DNA of 58,392 nt, taken from NCBI GenBank assembly GCA_003135555.1, contig PLCF01000049.1:27889-86280 (forward strand), in the 5' to 3' direction. This document shows, in pieces, positions 1 to 8,447 of the stretch. The notes under the pieces are model-generated. The model did not search any database. It had not been told where the DNA came from and worked only from the letters and a program-made list of their open reading frames with translations. Position numbers and translations under genes: made by a program. Numbering within the stretch: the stretch's first letter is position 1; every line of letters starts with the position of its first letter. Source of the stretch: Vulcanimicrobiota bacterium. Its GTDB lineage: Bacteria > Vulcanimicrobiota > Vulcanimicrobiia > Vulcanimicrobiales > Vulcanimicrobiaceae.

Positions 1-531
1 ACGGTCGGCGGCTCGATCCGGATGAACGCCGGGACCGACCGCGAGATCGGCGAGTTCGCCCGTGAGGTGGTCGTCCAGACCCCGGCCAAACCCGACCCGC
101 ACCCCATCGACGTGGCCTGGCACTACCGCCACACCACGATCCCCCGCGACGCGATCGTGGCGCGCACGACGCTCTGCTTCGAGCGCGGCGACCCCGCCGC
201 GGTCCGCGAGCGCCTGCAGTCGCGCCTGGTCCGCCGCAAGGCGACCCAGCCCGTCGCGATCCCCAACTCCGGCTCGTGCTTCCGCAACCCCGAAGGCGAC
301 CACGCCGGACGGCTGATCGAGGCCGCCGGGGCCAAGGGCTGGCGCGAAGGCGGGGCCGAAGTGTCCCCCCTCCACGCGAACTTCATCGTCAACACCGGCG
401 GCGCGTCGGCGCGCGACGTCGCAACGCTCTTAGCGCGGGTGCGGCGAGCGGTCGAGGAACAGTTCGGCGTCGATCTGCAGCTCGAAGTCCACCTGGTCGG
501 AGAATTCACGGCTACCGAAGTGATGCTCTAA
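1..531 (+). CDS. murB: UDP-N-acetylenolpyruvoylglucosamine reductase (5' partial)
   Basis: Frame open from base 1 (TVGGSIRMNAG); motifs NSGSCFRNP, AGRLIE, HANFIVN, LQLEV; adjacent to ddl. Confidence 0.95.
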   Translation, partial: TVGGSIRMNAGTDREIGEFAREVVVQTPAKPDPHPIDVAWHYRHTTIPRDAIVARTTLCFERGDPAAVRERLQSRLVRRKATQPVAIPNSGSCFRNPEGDHAGRLIEAAGAKGWREGGAEVSPLHANFIVNTGGASARDVATLLARVRRAVEEQFGVDLQLEVHLVGEFTATEVML

Positions 532-535
532 ACGA

Positions 536-1468
536 ATGTCTAGTCTGAAGGTCGCCGTCGTCATGGGCGGTCCGAGCGCGGAACGCGAGGTCTCGATCGA
601 GAGCGGAACGGCGGTCATGCGCGCGCTCGCCGCACTCAGCCACACCGCGCAATCGCTCGACTTCGACGCGCGCTTCGTCGACGCGATCCGCGAGATCGCG
701 CCCGACGTGATCTTCAACGCACTGCACGGGCCAGGCGGCGAAGACGGCACGATCCAAGGCGTGCTGGACTGGATGCGCATCCCCTACACCGGCAGCGGCG
801 TCGCCGCATGCGCGCTGGCGATGGACAAGCACCTCACCAAAAAGCTGCTCGGCGCCGAAGGCCTGCCGACGCCGCCCTGGGACACCTTCGACCTCACCGG
901 CGGGACGCTGCCGCTCTTGCCCGGATCGCTGAACTTACCGCTGGTCGCGAAACCGCGGAACAGCGGCTCGAGCGCCGGCGTCGTGATCGTCAAGACGCAC
1001 GAAGAGTGGACCAAAGCCATGATCGACGCCTCGTCGCGCACGCCGGAGGTGGTGGCGGAAGAGTTCGTGCCCGGGCGCGAGTTCTCGTGCGGCGTGCTGG
1101 GAGAAGAAGCTCTGCCGGTGGTGGAGATCGTCTCGTCCGACGAGTTCTACAGCTACGACGCCAAGTACAAACCCGGCGGCTCGCGCCACCTCATCCCCGC
1201 CCCGATCGACCACGACCTTACCGCCCGCCTGCAAACGCTGGCGTTATCGGTGCACCGCCTGATCGGCCTACGCGACTACTCGCGCACCGACTTCATCGTG
1301 ACCGAAAGCGGTCGCCCAACGATCCTCGAAGTCAACGCGCTCCCCGGCATGACTCCGACGAGCCTTCTCCCCGATGAGGCCCAGCATGCGGGGATTTCGT
1401 TTGAGGCCCTGGTGGAGCGGCTATTGCAATACGCCCTAGCCCGCGGGAGTGAGATTCGGGTTAGCTAA
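536..1468 (+). CDS. ddl: D-alanine--D-alanine ligase
   Basis: GGPSAEREVS, LHGPGGEDG, PYTGSG, YDAKY, LEVNALPGMT motifs. Confidence 0.97.
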   Translation: MSSLKVAVVMGGPSAEREVSIESGTAVMRALAALSHTAQSLDFDARFVDAIREIAPDVIFNALHGPGGEDGTIQGVLDWMRIPYTGSGVAACALAMDKHLTKKLLGAEGLPTPPWDTFDLTGGTLPLLPGSLNLPLVAKPRNSGSSAGVVIVKTHEEWTKAMIDASSRTPEVVAEEFVPGREFSCGVLGEEALPVVEIVSSDEFYSYDAKYKPGGSRHLIPAPIDHDLTARLQTLALSVHRLIGLRDYSRTDFIVTESGRPTILEVNALPGMTPTSLLPDEAQHAGISFEALVERLLQYALARGSEIRVS

Positions 1469-1495
1469 ACCGCCAAGCGATCGTTCCGGTACGTG

Positions 1496-1723
1496 CTAGG
1501 GCCGGTACTCTAAAATCTCCCCAGGACCCACGGCGAAATAGGCGCACAGGGCTGCGAGCGTCCTTAGGTCTAAGCGCGTTATCTTGTTCGTCATCAAGGC
1601 ATAGACAGTCTGCTTCGAGAGGCCAGTTTCCTCACCGAACGCCTGCCACGTCACTCCGCGCTGCGCAACAAGTTCCTTAACTCGAAGTCGGACCACGTCC
1701 GAGGTTCGCACCCCTGCTGGCAT
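1496..1723 (-). CDS. Xre/Cro-type HTH regulator, probable R-M controller (C) protein
   Basis: LRVKELVAQRG...EETGLSKQTVYALM...LDLRTLAALCAYF.V.PGEILEY; divergent from REase; ATG at 1723 preferred over ORF-track start 1807. Confidence 0.8.
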   Translation of the reverse strand: MPAGVRTSDVVRLRVKELVAQRGVTWQAFGEETGLSKQTVYALMTNKITRLDLRTLAALCAYFAVGPGEILEYRP

Positions 1724-1759
1724 GGAAAGCAAGTGGAGTTCGTCGGTACCCTGTGGCGC

Positions 1760-1810
1760 ACCTTGACTTCGTGAGGTAGCATGGCCCGCACCACCTTGAC
1801 ATATCAAGGT
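1760..1810. promoter_or_regulatory. Putative controller operator pair: ACCTTGA-CATA-TCAAGGT (1793-1810) plus degenerate ACCTTGA-CTTC-GTGAGGT (1760-1777)
   Basis: Perfect 7-bp inverted arms between the divergent HTH and REase genes; same core recurs upstream of the MTase. Confidence 0.7.
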
Positions 1811-1851
1811 AAAGCGGACGCGCGATTTACGAGACGAACAGAAAAGGCCCT

Positions 1852-2880
1852 GTGGCCGATCTCGATCGCCTATTCGAACTTTTTAATTGGCTTGGCGCCG
1901 TCTACCGCGCCGACCACTTCGACCTAGCGCTCTTTCCGCCAATTGCGAGAGAGTGTTACGAGATACTGCGAAGCACAGCGTTATCGAGCCACTACGCGAA
2001 CATAAAACGCGAGGGAGAAGAGAAATCGTACTGGGTGTTCATCGACAATCTCGATGCGACAAACATATCGAGACCATATCGTCCTGCTCTCTTGATCAAC
2101 TCCTACGATGAGTGGCAAGAATCCTGGGACAAGATGGTTGGCTCGATTAACCAAAGAGATCGAAGGATGGGCCCTGCAAATATAGACAGGGTCCTTTACT
2201 CGGCAGCGATGGCGTTCTTCGCGGTCATCGACCTATCACAACGAGGGTCTCGAAAGAGAAATGGTACGTTTTTGGAATGGTTGCTTGGCTCTCTTCTCGT
2301 CGCTGTAAGTGGTTTTCAGCTCACACGACAGATCCCGATCCCCGACAGTGGGGAGGGCAGTGTGCCGACCGATATCGTTTTGGACCCAGGCGCGGGGCGA
2401 TACAAGCTCGTTTTCCCGGTGAAGACTTCGACGCGCGAACGAATTGGCCAGATTTTTACGCACCAACGCATTCTCGACGCCGAGTTTCCCGGTAAGTATC
2501 GATCAGCTTTATTGTGTGTGTCTGAGACGCAGCTATTGAAAGGAGCGAATGCGGTTCAAGAGACTTGCGTCCCCCAACAAGTGAGTTTCAACGAGAAATA
2601 CATCGCTCACATCGATGCACTGTATTACCTTGATCCTCCCTTTGCCTATATCAATGACTCTATTACCGTACCGGTCCGACGGCTCGGCGACTTGTTCTCC
2701 ACCGACCTTGCCGCCATGTCAAGGGCTTTGGAGGAAGCTGCAACCGACGAATGCGGTCACATGATATCGACCGTTGATTGCAGTCTTCCGAGGGGCCACA
2801 ACGGTGATCATTTATTCTTGCCACCGCGTGGGTCGCCGATCGAGTCCGAAACGATTACTGCGGAAGATGTAGGAGACTAA
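1852..2880 (+). CDS. Type II restriction endonuclease, PD-(D/E)xK fold, CCGG-family-like
   Basis: VPTDIVL...FPVKTSTRER motif; convergent with C5-MTase with overlapping stops; lower GC. Confidence 0.8.
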   Translation: MADLDRLFELFNWLGAVYRADHFDLALFPPIARECYEILRSTALSSHYANIKREGEEKSYWVFIDNLDATNISRPYRPALLINSYDEWQESWDKMVGSINQRDRRMGPANIDRVLYSAAMAFFAVIDLSQRGSRKRNGTFLEWLLGSLLVAVSGFQLTRQIPIPDSGEGSVPTDIVLDPGAGRYKLVFPVKTSTRERIGQIFTHQRILDAEFPGKYRSALLCVSETQLLKGANAVQETCVPQQVSFNEKYIAHIDALYYLDPPFAYINDSITVPVRRLGDLFSTDLAAMSRALEEAATDECGHMISTVDCSLPRGHNGDHLFLPPRGSPIESETITAEDVGD

Positions 2881-3980
2881 ACGGCCGGTTGCAGCGCAAA
2901 GAGCACGCCTTGGTCAACATTCTGATCGTGTTGTTGGAGCTCGCCGCGTAACGCGCGCAGTATCGTGCCTCCGATTACCGCGGCTAGGGGTGGTGGAACA
3001 GCATTTCCAATCTGCAAACGCACGTGCCAACGCGAACCAACAAAACGAAACCAGTCAGGGAACCCTTGAAGCCGAGCAGCCTCGCGCGGCGTCAACGGTC
3101 GATCTTGCATTGGGTGGCCATAGCGACCGCGAGTAAACGAATCAAACCCGGCTGTGATTGTGGGGCACTGCCCATCCCAGCGGAGCCGACCATAGACGTC
3201 AGGCCATCCGCCCGACGTGGTATCCACTACCTGATGACACGGCAAGCGATACTCCATCGGAATATCTTGCCAACCGCCTCCCTGCGGAACGAACGAGAAG
3301 CGATCGACGTTTGCCTTCGTTACCCTCGCACGATAGTGGTTGGCAAAGGCGGCATGTTCGGTACAATCCTCAGGGGGTTCGGGAAGGCCGTTCAATACTT
3401 CACCCACGGTCGCCCATGCCTGAACTGTACTTTCCGGTATTCTGAACCGGGCGAGCAGTTCGCGATCCTCGCCTACAAGGATGAAGCGTTCTCGCGTTTG
3501 AGCTAAGCCGTAGTCCGCAGCATTATAGAAGTGCGGATAGAAACGGTAGAGCTCGTGCAATTCATCAAGCACGCGGCTTGCATAGCTCTTTCCGCGCTTC
3601 TGACCGAACATGGCTACATTCTCTAGCAGGAAGTACTTCGGCCGAGCCTCTTTGATTATTCGCGCATACTCTACGATGAGTCGATTCCGATCGTCACCCT
3701 TATGCGCACCACGCTTTTGCTTCGAAAACCCCTGGCACGGTGGCCCGCCGGCCAGAAGATCAATCCGGTTCACGCCTGCAGGCAACCGCGTCAGTAGTCC
3801 CGCGCCTGAAACGCCTTCAGCCAGCTCAACGCTGGCGTGGGGGCCGAGATTCAGGCGGTAGGTCTCAACCGCCGCTTCATTTGAATCAAATGCGTACGCG
3901 AGCTCAAAGCCTGCTGAACGCATTCCGAGAGACAGTCCGCCGGCGCCACAGAAGGCGTCGACGCAATAGTAATCTGTCAA
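2877..3980 (-). CDS. DNA (cytosine-5)-methyltransferase
   Basis: Motif I DAFCGAGG, IV GGPPCQGFS, VI LENV, VIII QTRER, IX REAARLQGFPD, X QIGNAVPP; TTG start. Confidence 0.97.
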   Translation of the reverse strand: MTDYYCVDAFCGAGGLSLGMRSAGFELAYAFDSNEAAVETYRLNLGPHASVELAEGVSGAGLLTRLPAGVNRIDLLAGGPPCQGFSKQKRGAHKGDDRNRLIVEYARIIKEARPKYFLLENVAMFGQKRGKSYASRVLDELHELYRFYPHFYNAADYGLAQTRERFILVGEDRELLARFRIPESTVQAWATVGEVLNGLPEPPEDCTEHAAFANHYRARVTKANVDRFSFVPQGGGWQDIPMEYRLPCHQVVDTTSGGWPDVYGRLRWDGQCPTITAGFDSFTRGRYGHPMQDRPLTPREAARLQGFPDWFRFVGSRWHVRLQIGNAVPPPLAAVIGGTILRALRGELQQHDQNVDQGVLFALQPAV

Positions 3981-4048
3981 GGGGACTTCCCGAAGCTCAG
4001 TCTAGATCGGACATCGAGACGATGTCCATTGGCTCCTATCGTATCGCC

Positions 4049-4074
4049 ATTTGCCTTGACTTGTCAAGGCAAAT
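4049..4074. promoter_or_regulatory. Inverted repeat ATTTGCCTTGAC-TT-GTCAAGGCAAAT upstream of MTase (putative operator)
   Basis: 12-bp perfect arms; core CCTTGA-N4-TCAAGG matches the palindrome at 1794-1809. Confidence 0.75.
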
Positions 4075-4148
4075 TCAAGTATGCATTGACTTCATGCGCA
4101 ACTGTAGAAGTTAAGGCGCTAGACCTATTCGGGTGTGCATTTGAGCGA

Positions 4149-4391
4149 TCAAGAGACTGCGAATAGCGGGCGCACATTGTCACTAGCAGGGGCGGCCTCT
4201 GGAACCTTGACCATTGTCACGACGTGTGAAGTCGCAATCTCGGCACGATGCGCCGCGACTCCGTCGCAGCGGAGGTCAACGGTGACTTCTACGAAGGGCG
4301 ACCGGGCCGCCACGGCTCCGCGGATTAGCTCGGCATCGTCTTCATCGACGAGGAATGTTCCCTTGGTGAGGAAGACGGTGTATTGCGCCAT
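4149..4391 (-). CDS. Small hypothetical protein (80 aa), resembles 55962-56168
   Basis: ATG start with TATGAT upstream; shared Y.[VI]FL..G / ED / IR / H..EI...H[VI]VT pattern. Confidence 0.65.
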   Translation of the reverse strand: MAQYTVFLTKGTFLVDEDDAELIRGAVAARSPFVEVTVDLRCDGVAAHRAEIATSHVVTMVKVPEAAPASDNVRPLFAVS

Positions 4392-4437
4392 CGTTGCACC
4401 AAATCATACTGCCGGAGCACTACAGTTTTCTACAAAA

Positions 4438-4893
4438 CTATCCCGAGATTCGGCTGCTCTTGTGGATCCGATGTGGATGGCATGCCCCACCTAGCCGTTT
4501 CGCCTGTGAGGCGATGTAGCTGCGGACGAGGTCTTCCAATGCTTCGCTATACCTACTTGCTTCGCAAGTCCATAGCTCGAGAACAGCTACCTCCATTTCC
4601 AGGAGCTTTGCGCGAACCAATGCATCCCGCGCTACATTATCATCAAGTTTCTTTGACCAAAACGCCACGTTAGTTTTCGGGCGCCGGCTGTGATGACATC
4701 CGTGCTGGTGCCAGAAGCACCCATTAACAAATACCGCCGTGCGCGTCCGAGCCACGTACAGGTCCGGTCTACCGGGCATCCCCGGAGGCTGAAGTCGATA
4801 CCGAACTTTGCGCTCGCTCAAGATTCGGCGGACCTGCAGTTCGGGGCCAGTTCCCCTGCTGCGAACACGCGCCATAGCTTCCGACTTGTTCAC
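4438..4893 (-). CDS. vsr: Very-short-patch repair endonuclease
   Basis: MARVRSRGTGPE, PGRPD, FVNGCFWHQH, PKTNVAFW, ELWTCE; beside C5-MTase. Confidence 0.95.
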   Translation of the reverse strand: MNKSEAMARVRSRGTGPELQVRRILSERKVRYRLQPPGMPGRPDLYVARTRTAVFVNGCFWHQHGCHHSRRPKTNVAFWSKKLDDNVARDALVRAKLLEMEVAVLELWTCEASRYSEALEDLVRSYIASQAKRLGGACHPHRIHKSSRISG

Positions 4894-5250
4894 CGGAAGA
4901 ACTTTCGGCGTCGTTTCTCTGAGTCCGCGTCGATCTTCACACTACTGACGAGATAGGGTGGTGGTCAAGCTGGCGCTAATTCGGACGCGTTTGTACCGCA
5001 AGGCCCCCGCATGTCTTCACCCGCGGCGCTCGGCTCGAGGGTGAGCAGCGTCCCGCGTGTCGCCAATTGCGAGGCCACTCGGGGGCAGTTAGCCCAGAGC
5101 GACCGAGGCGGCGCCGACAACAATCGTGCACTTCCGAGAGAAAGGCTTGCCCGCCCAAGGACCGCCACCCGGTCGCCGAAGAAGAAGCGCGCAGTCACAA
5201 AGCGGGCGGCACAGGACGTTCGTATCGTCCCTCTGGGGTGTGGAGGATCC

Positions 5251-7147
5251 ATGATCGAACACGCGCTCGCGCCGTCCGTGCGCGCCGCCATCCTGGCGCA
5301 CTACGAGCGCGCCGTCGACCTGATCGCCGCGAACTTTCCGCTGGCGCCGGTCATCCCGATCTACTACCCGCGCGGCCTCGACCAGGATCCGCAGTACGGC
5401 GGATCGGTCCACGAGCCGCTGCCGAAGATCATCCGCTGGGTCGAAATCACCGGGCAGCCGCAGCCGCGCCGCTACGTTGCCGCTGACGCGAACGCGTTGC
5501 GGTGGCTCGTCCATCGCGGCGCCGTCGGCTTCGGCACCTGGACGCCCAGCGCGCGCGACCCCGAGCGCGTCGGCTTCGCGCGCATTCTCCTGAGCCCGCG
5601 CCGCGGCGCGTCGGCCAGGCAGGTCGCAAGCGCGATGGTGGCCGTGCGCGACGTCCTACGAGCGCGCCGCTTCGATGCCATCCCAGTCCTCGAGGCGAAC
5701 GGCGGCGCGCTCTTCATCCCGCTCGGCGACGCCCCGGCCTACGCCGACGTACGCGCGTGGCTGCACGATGTCGCCGAGTCTGCGGTCGCCGGCAACGCCA
5801 CCCTGCTGACCGCCGATGCGCAAGACCACCGCAGAAAGCGCGTCCACGTCAACGTCGGGTCCAACGCTGTCGGTCGCTTCAGCTCAGTCCCGTACGCCAT
5901 TGTCGGCAGCCCCGACCTCGCCATGGTGACGCCGCTCGATTGGGCCGAGCTCGGCGTCATCGGCCACCGTCACTTCACCGCCGAGAACAGCGCCGACCGC
6001 CTCGCACAGGGCGACGTCTTCCACCGCCTCGCCGCCGAGCTCGCCGCCCAGCGCTTCGCCGACGCGAAATCCTGGCCCATGTCCGACCGCGCCCGGCACG
6101 CGCGCGAAGCGCAACGCTGCGCAGCGGCCGACACCTTCCGCGGACAGATCATCGCGCTGCTCGGCGACGGCAAACCGCGCGACTCGCAAACGATTTTCGA
6201 CGAAGGCCGCAAGAAGGGTCTGTTCACGCAGGCGACGACGCAGCGAACCATCTACGAGAACATGCTGCTCTACATGCAGCAAGAAGCGGCGAACGGCCGC
6301 AAGCCCGGCGTCGTCGAAGATCCCGTCACCCGCAAGTTCCGCCGCGTCGACGACTGGCCCGACGTCGTCCTTGCGCCGCGCCCGCGCTACATCGACGCAG
6401 CGTCGCTCGACGCGATCAGCACCCGCCTGCGCGCCACCGCCGTCGGCCGAGACTCGACCGCGTTCGAAGTGGCCGTGTGCGACGCGTTCGCCGTGTTCGG
6501 CTTCGTCAGCCGGCACGTCGGCGGCTTGTATGCCCCCGACGGCATTCTCGACGCGCCGCTCGGCCCGCTCGCCTACCGCGCGATCCTTGAATGCAAGAGC
6601 ACGCCGCACGTCAAGTTCGTCTCGCAGCCCCGTCCGGAAGAAGCCGCCAAATTCCGCAAAGCCGCCAATGCGGACTTCGCGGTCCTGGTCGGCCCGGTGC
6701 TCCACCGCGGCCCATCCTTCGCGCTAGAGATCGAGACCCACGCGATCTCGGTCTGGACCGTCGACGACATCATCACCGCGCTGCGCCTCGACGTCGACAC
6801 CTACGAATGCCGCGACCTGTTCGCCCCCGGCTTCGTCTACGACCGCCTCACCGACCTCGAATGGAACCGCCACCACGGCCCCGAGAAGCGCGCCGCCGTC
6901 GTGCGCCACATCCTACGCCGCGAAGGCTACGCCGCCCAATGCACAATGGTCGGCGAAGTCCCTGCCTCCGACGCGCCCGTCCTCTCGCTCGACGCCGCAA
7001 TGCTGCTCGTCGAAACGGCCCTCCGCCGAAGGCGCCACCGCCGGCGCCACCCGCGACGAAGTCCACGCTGCAATGGAAGACCTCACCCGATCAGGCGAGG
7101 CCATCCAAATCCCCAACCGCGACGGCATCGTGATCCTGCGCGCATGA
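5251..7147 (+). CDS. Fusion: degenerate LigD-type primase-polymerase domain + winged HTH (HARE-HTH-like) + Mrr-like PD-(D/E)xK nuclease; apparent 2-bp frameshift near 7027 (as written reads to 7263)
   Basis: GGAGG RBS before ATG 5251; PolDom-like segments (YYPRG, LRWLVHRGAV, PYAIVGSP, TPLDWAEL, GDVF); FEVAVCDAF...APDG...ILECKS; true C-terminus deduced from second copy. Confidence 0.75.
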
Positions 7148-7293
7148 TGCTGTCAACGCTTACGGAAGCGCACGGCTCGGTTGAAGGATTGCCCATCGCC
7201 GGGATGCGTATCATCGCTGCATATGTGTGCACGCTAGATGAACGGCAAACTGAGAGCGCTTAGCTTCCTGACCGTGCACCATTGTGAAGCCGA

Positions 7294-7878
7294 CTAAGGA
7301 CGACGATATCCTCGGTCGCCGAGCGTCGTGCGCTGTGCAGCCTTCACATTGAGCGTGGCGAACGTGAACGGGTAGCAGACCGGGGGATCGCGTGTGTCGA
7401 CCATCGTGATCCCAACCCCCCACGTTGCGACGACGGGCAGGTTCGACGATGTGTAGATGCCGGCGAATCCGGGCGGCGGCGTCGCGACGAACGACGGTGC
7501 CGGCCCGGAGAGCGCGACGAGCTGCGTGCCGATCTCGAACTGCGGCACCTTCGTCATCGGGTTCGTTTGCCCGACTTCGATCGCCAGGAACGATCCCGGC
7601 ATTTCTCCGGCCGGAACCGTCAGGTACATCGTACCGGCATAGGTGGACGGCACCGTGTTCGACGACGGGAAGAGCAGGCTCGCGTGGTCGACGCAGCCGG
7701 GTCCCAGCGTCGTGGGCGACGGCTCGTAGGTGGGCTCGGGTGTGGGAGGACACGAGAGCGGGTCGCTCGGGTCGGTATCGCCCGAAATGCACGGGCTGTA
7801 GCTCCAGAACCGCGAGCCGCATCCCGCACATGCGAACGACGACACCAACAACGCGACGAAGATGATCCAGCGGATCAT
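7294..7878 (-). CDS. Secreted/lipoprotein-like hypothetical protein (194 aa), paralog of 14113-14697
   Basis: Signal peptide with FACAGC; Pro-rich linker; clear paralog in window. Confidence 0.85.
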   Translation of the reverse strand: MIRWIIFVALLVSSFACAGCGSRFWSYSPCISGDTDPSDPLSCPPTPEPTYEPSPTTLGPGCVDHASLLFPSSNTVPSTYAGTMYLTVPAGEMPGSFLAIEVGQTNPMTKVPQFEIGTQLVALSGPAPSFVATPPPGFAGIYTSSNLPVVATWGVGITMVDTRDPPVCYPFTFATLNVKAAQRTTLGDRGYRRP

Positions 7879-7958
7879 GCTCCAGCCCCCGCATCACGAC
7901 GATGAAAATGAACTCGTGATGCGACTGTAGCGAGCGATGCTGGCAGCGCTCTCCGGAC
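7294..7958 (-). repeat. Diverged direct repeat, copy 1 (gene plus ~80 bp upstream); copy 2 at ~14113-14776
   Basis: Colinear nucleotide similarity including upstream GCATCACGACGATGAAA and GAGCG.TGCTGG...CGCTCT.CGGACG. Confidence 0.85.
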
Positions 7959-7997
7959 GGCCTGAGAATTCGCGAAGATTCACGTCAGTTGCGCGCA

Positions 7998-8314
7998 TCG
8001 ACGACATCATCACCGCGCCGCGCAGTGCATGATCGTCGGCGCGGTCCCCGCCTCCGACGCGCCGGTCCTCTCGCTCGACGCCGCGATGCTGCTCGTCGAA
8101 ACCGCCCTCCGCCGCGAAGGCGCAACCGCCGGCGCCACCCGCGACGAAATCCAGGCAATGCCCGAGCGTACTACCCCGGCCGACGCGAGGATCTGGACCA
8201 GTACATCGCGCTGGGTCAATACGAAGTCGGAAACGAACAACCGTGACCGAGCAGTCCTCCGGCGAAACCCGCCGTGTTCCCAGCGGCGACGGCGTCATCG
8301 ACCGCCGCGGCTGA
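7998..8314 (+). pseudogene. Decayed 3' remnant of a second copy of the PolDom-HTH-nuclease gene
   Basis: TCGACGACATCATCACCGCG matches 6761-6780, then jumps to match ~6931-7075 (VPASDAPVLSLDAAMLLVETALRREGATAGATRDE); ends SGETRRVPSGDGVIDRRG*. Confidence 0.85.
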
Positions 8315-8447
8315 GCGCGCATGATCGGGCCGAAAATGAAGCCTCCGATTGGCTCCGGCTTACAGGAGAAGCCTGGACGGGGCGGTATCGGGTGGGTCCG
8401 CGGGTGGGGTGAGCCGCCTGCGAATCGCATTTTGCCATGGAGTGCCG

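Noticed and set aside
5011..5250. 80-aa N-terminal extension of the 750-aa ORF
   Set aside because: Low-complexity, Arg-rich; strong GGAGG RBS and domain homology begin at ATG 5251.
5251..6070. Functional NHEJ LigD/PrimPol
   Set aside because: Catalytic motifs absent; no Ku, ligase or phosphoesterase domain in window.
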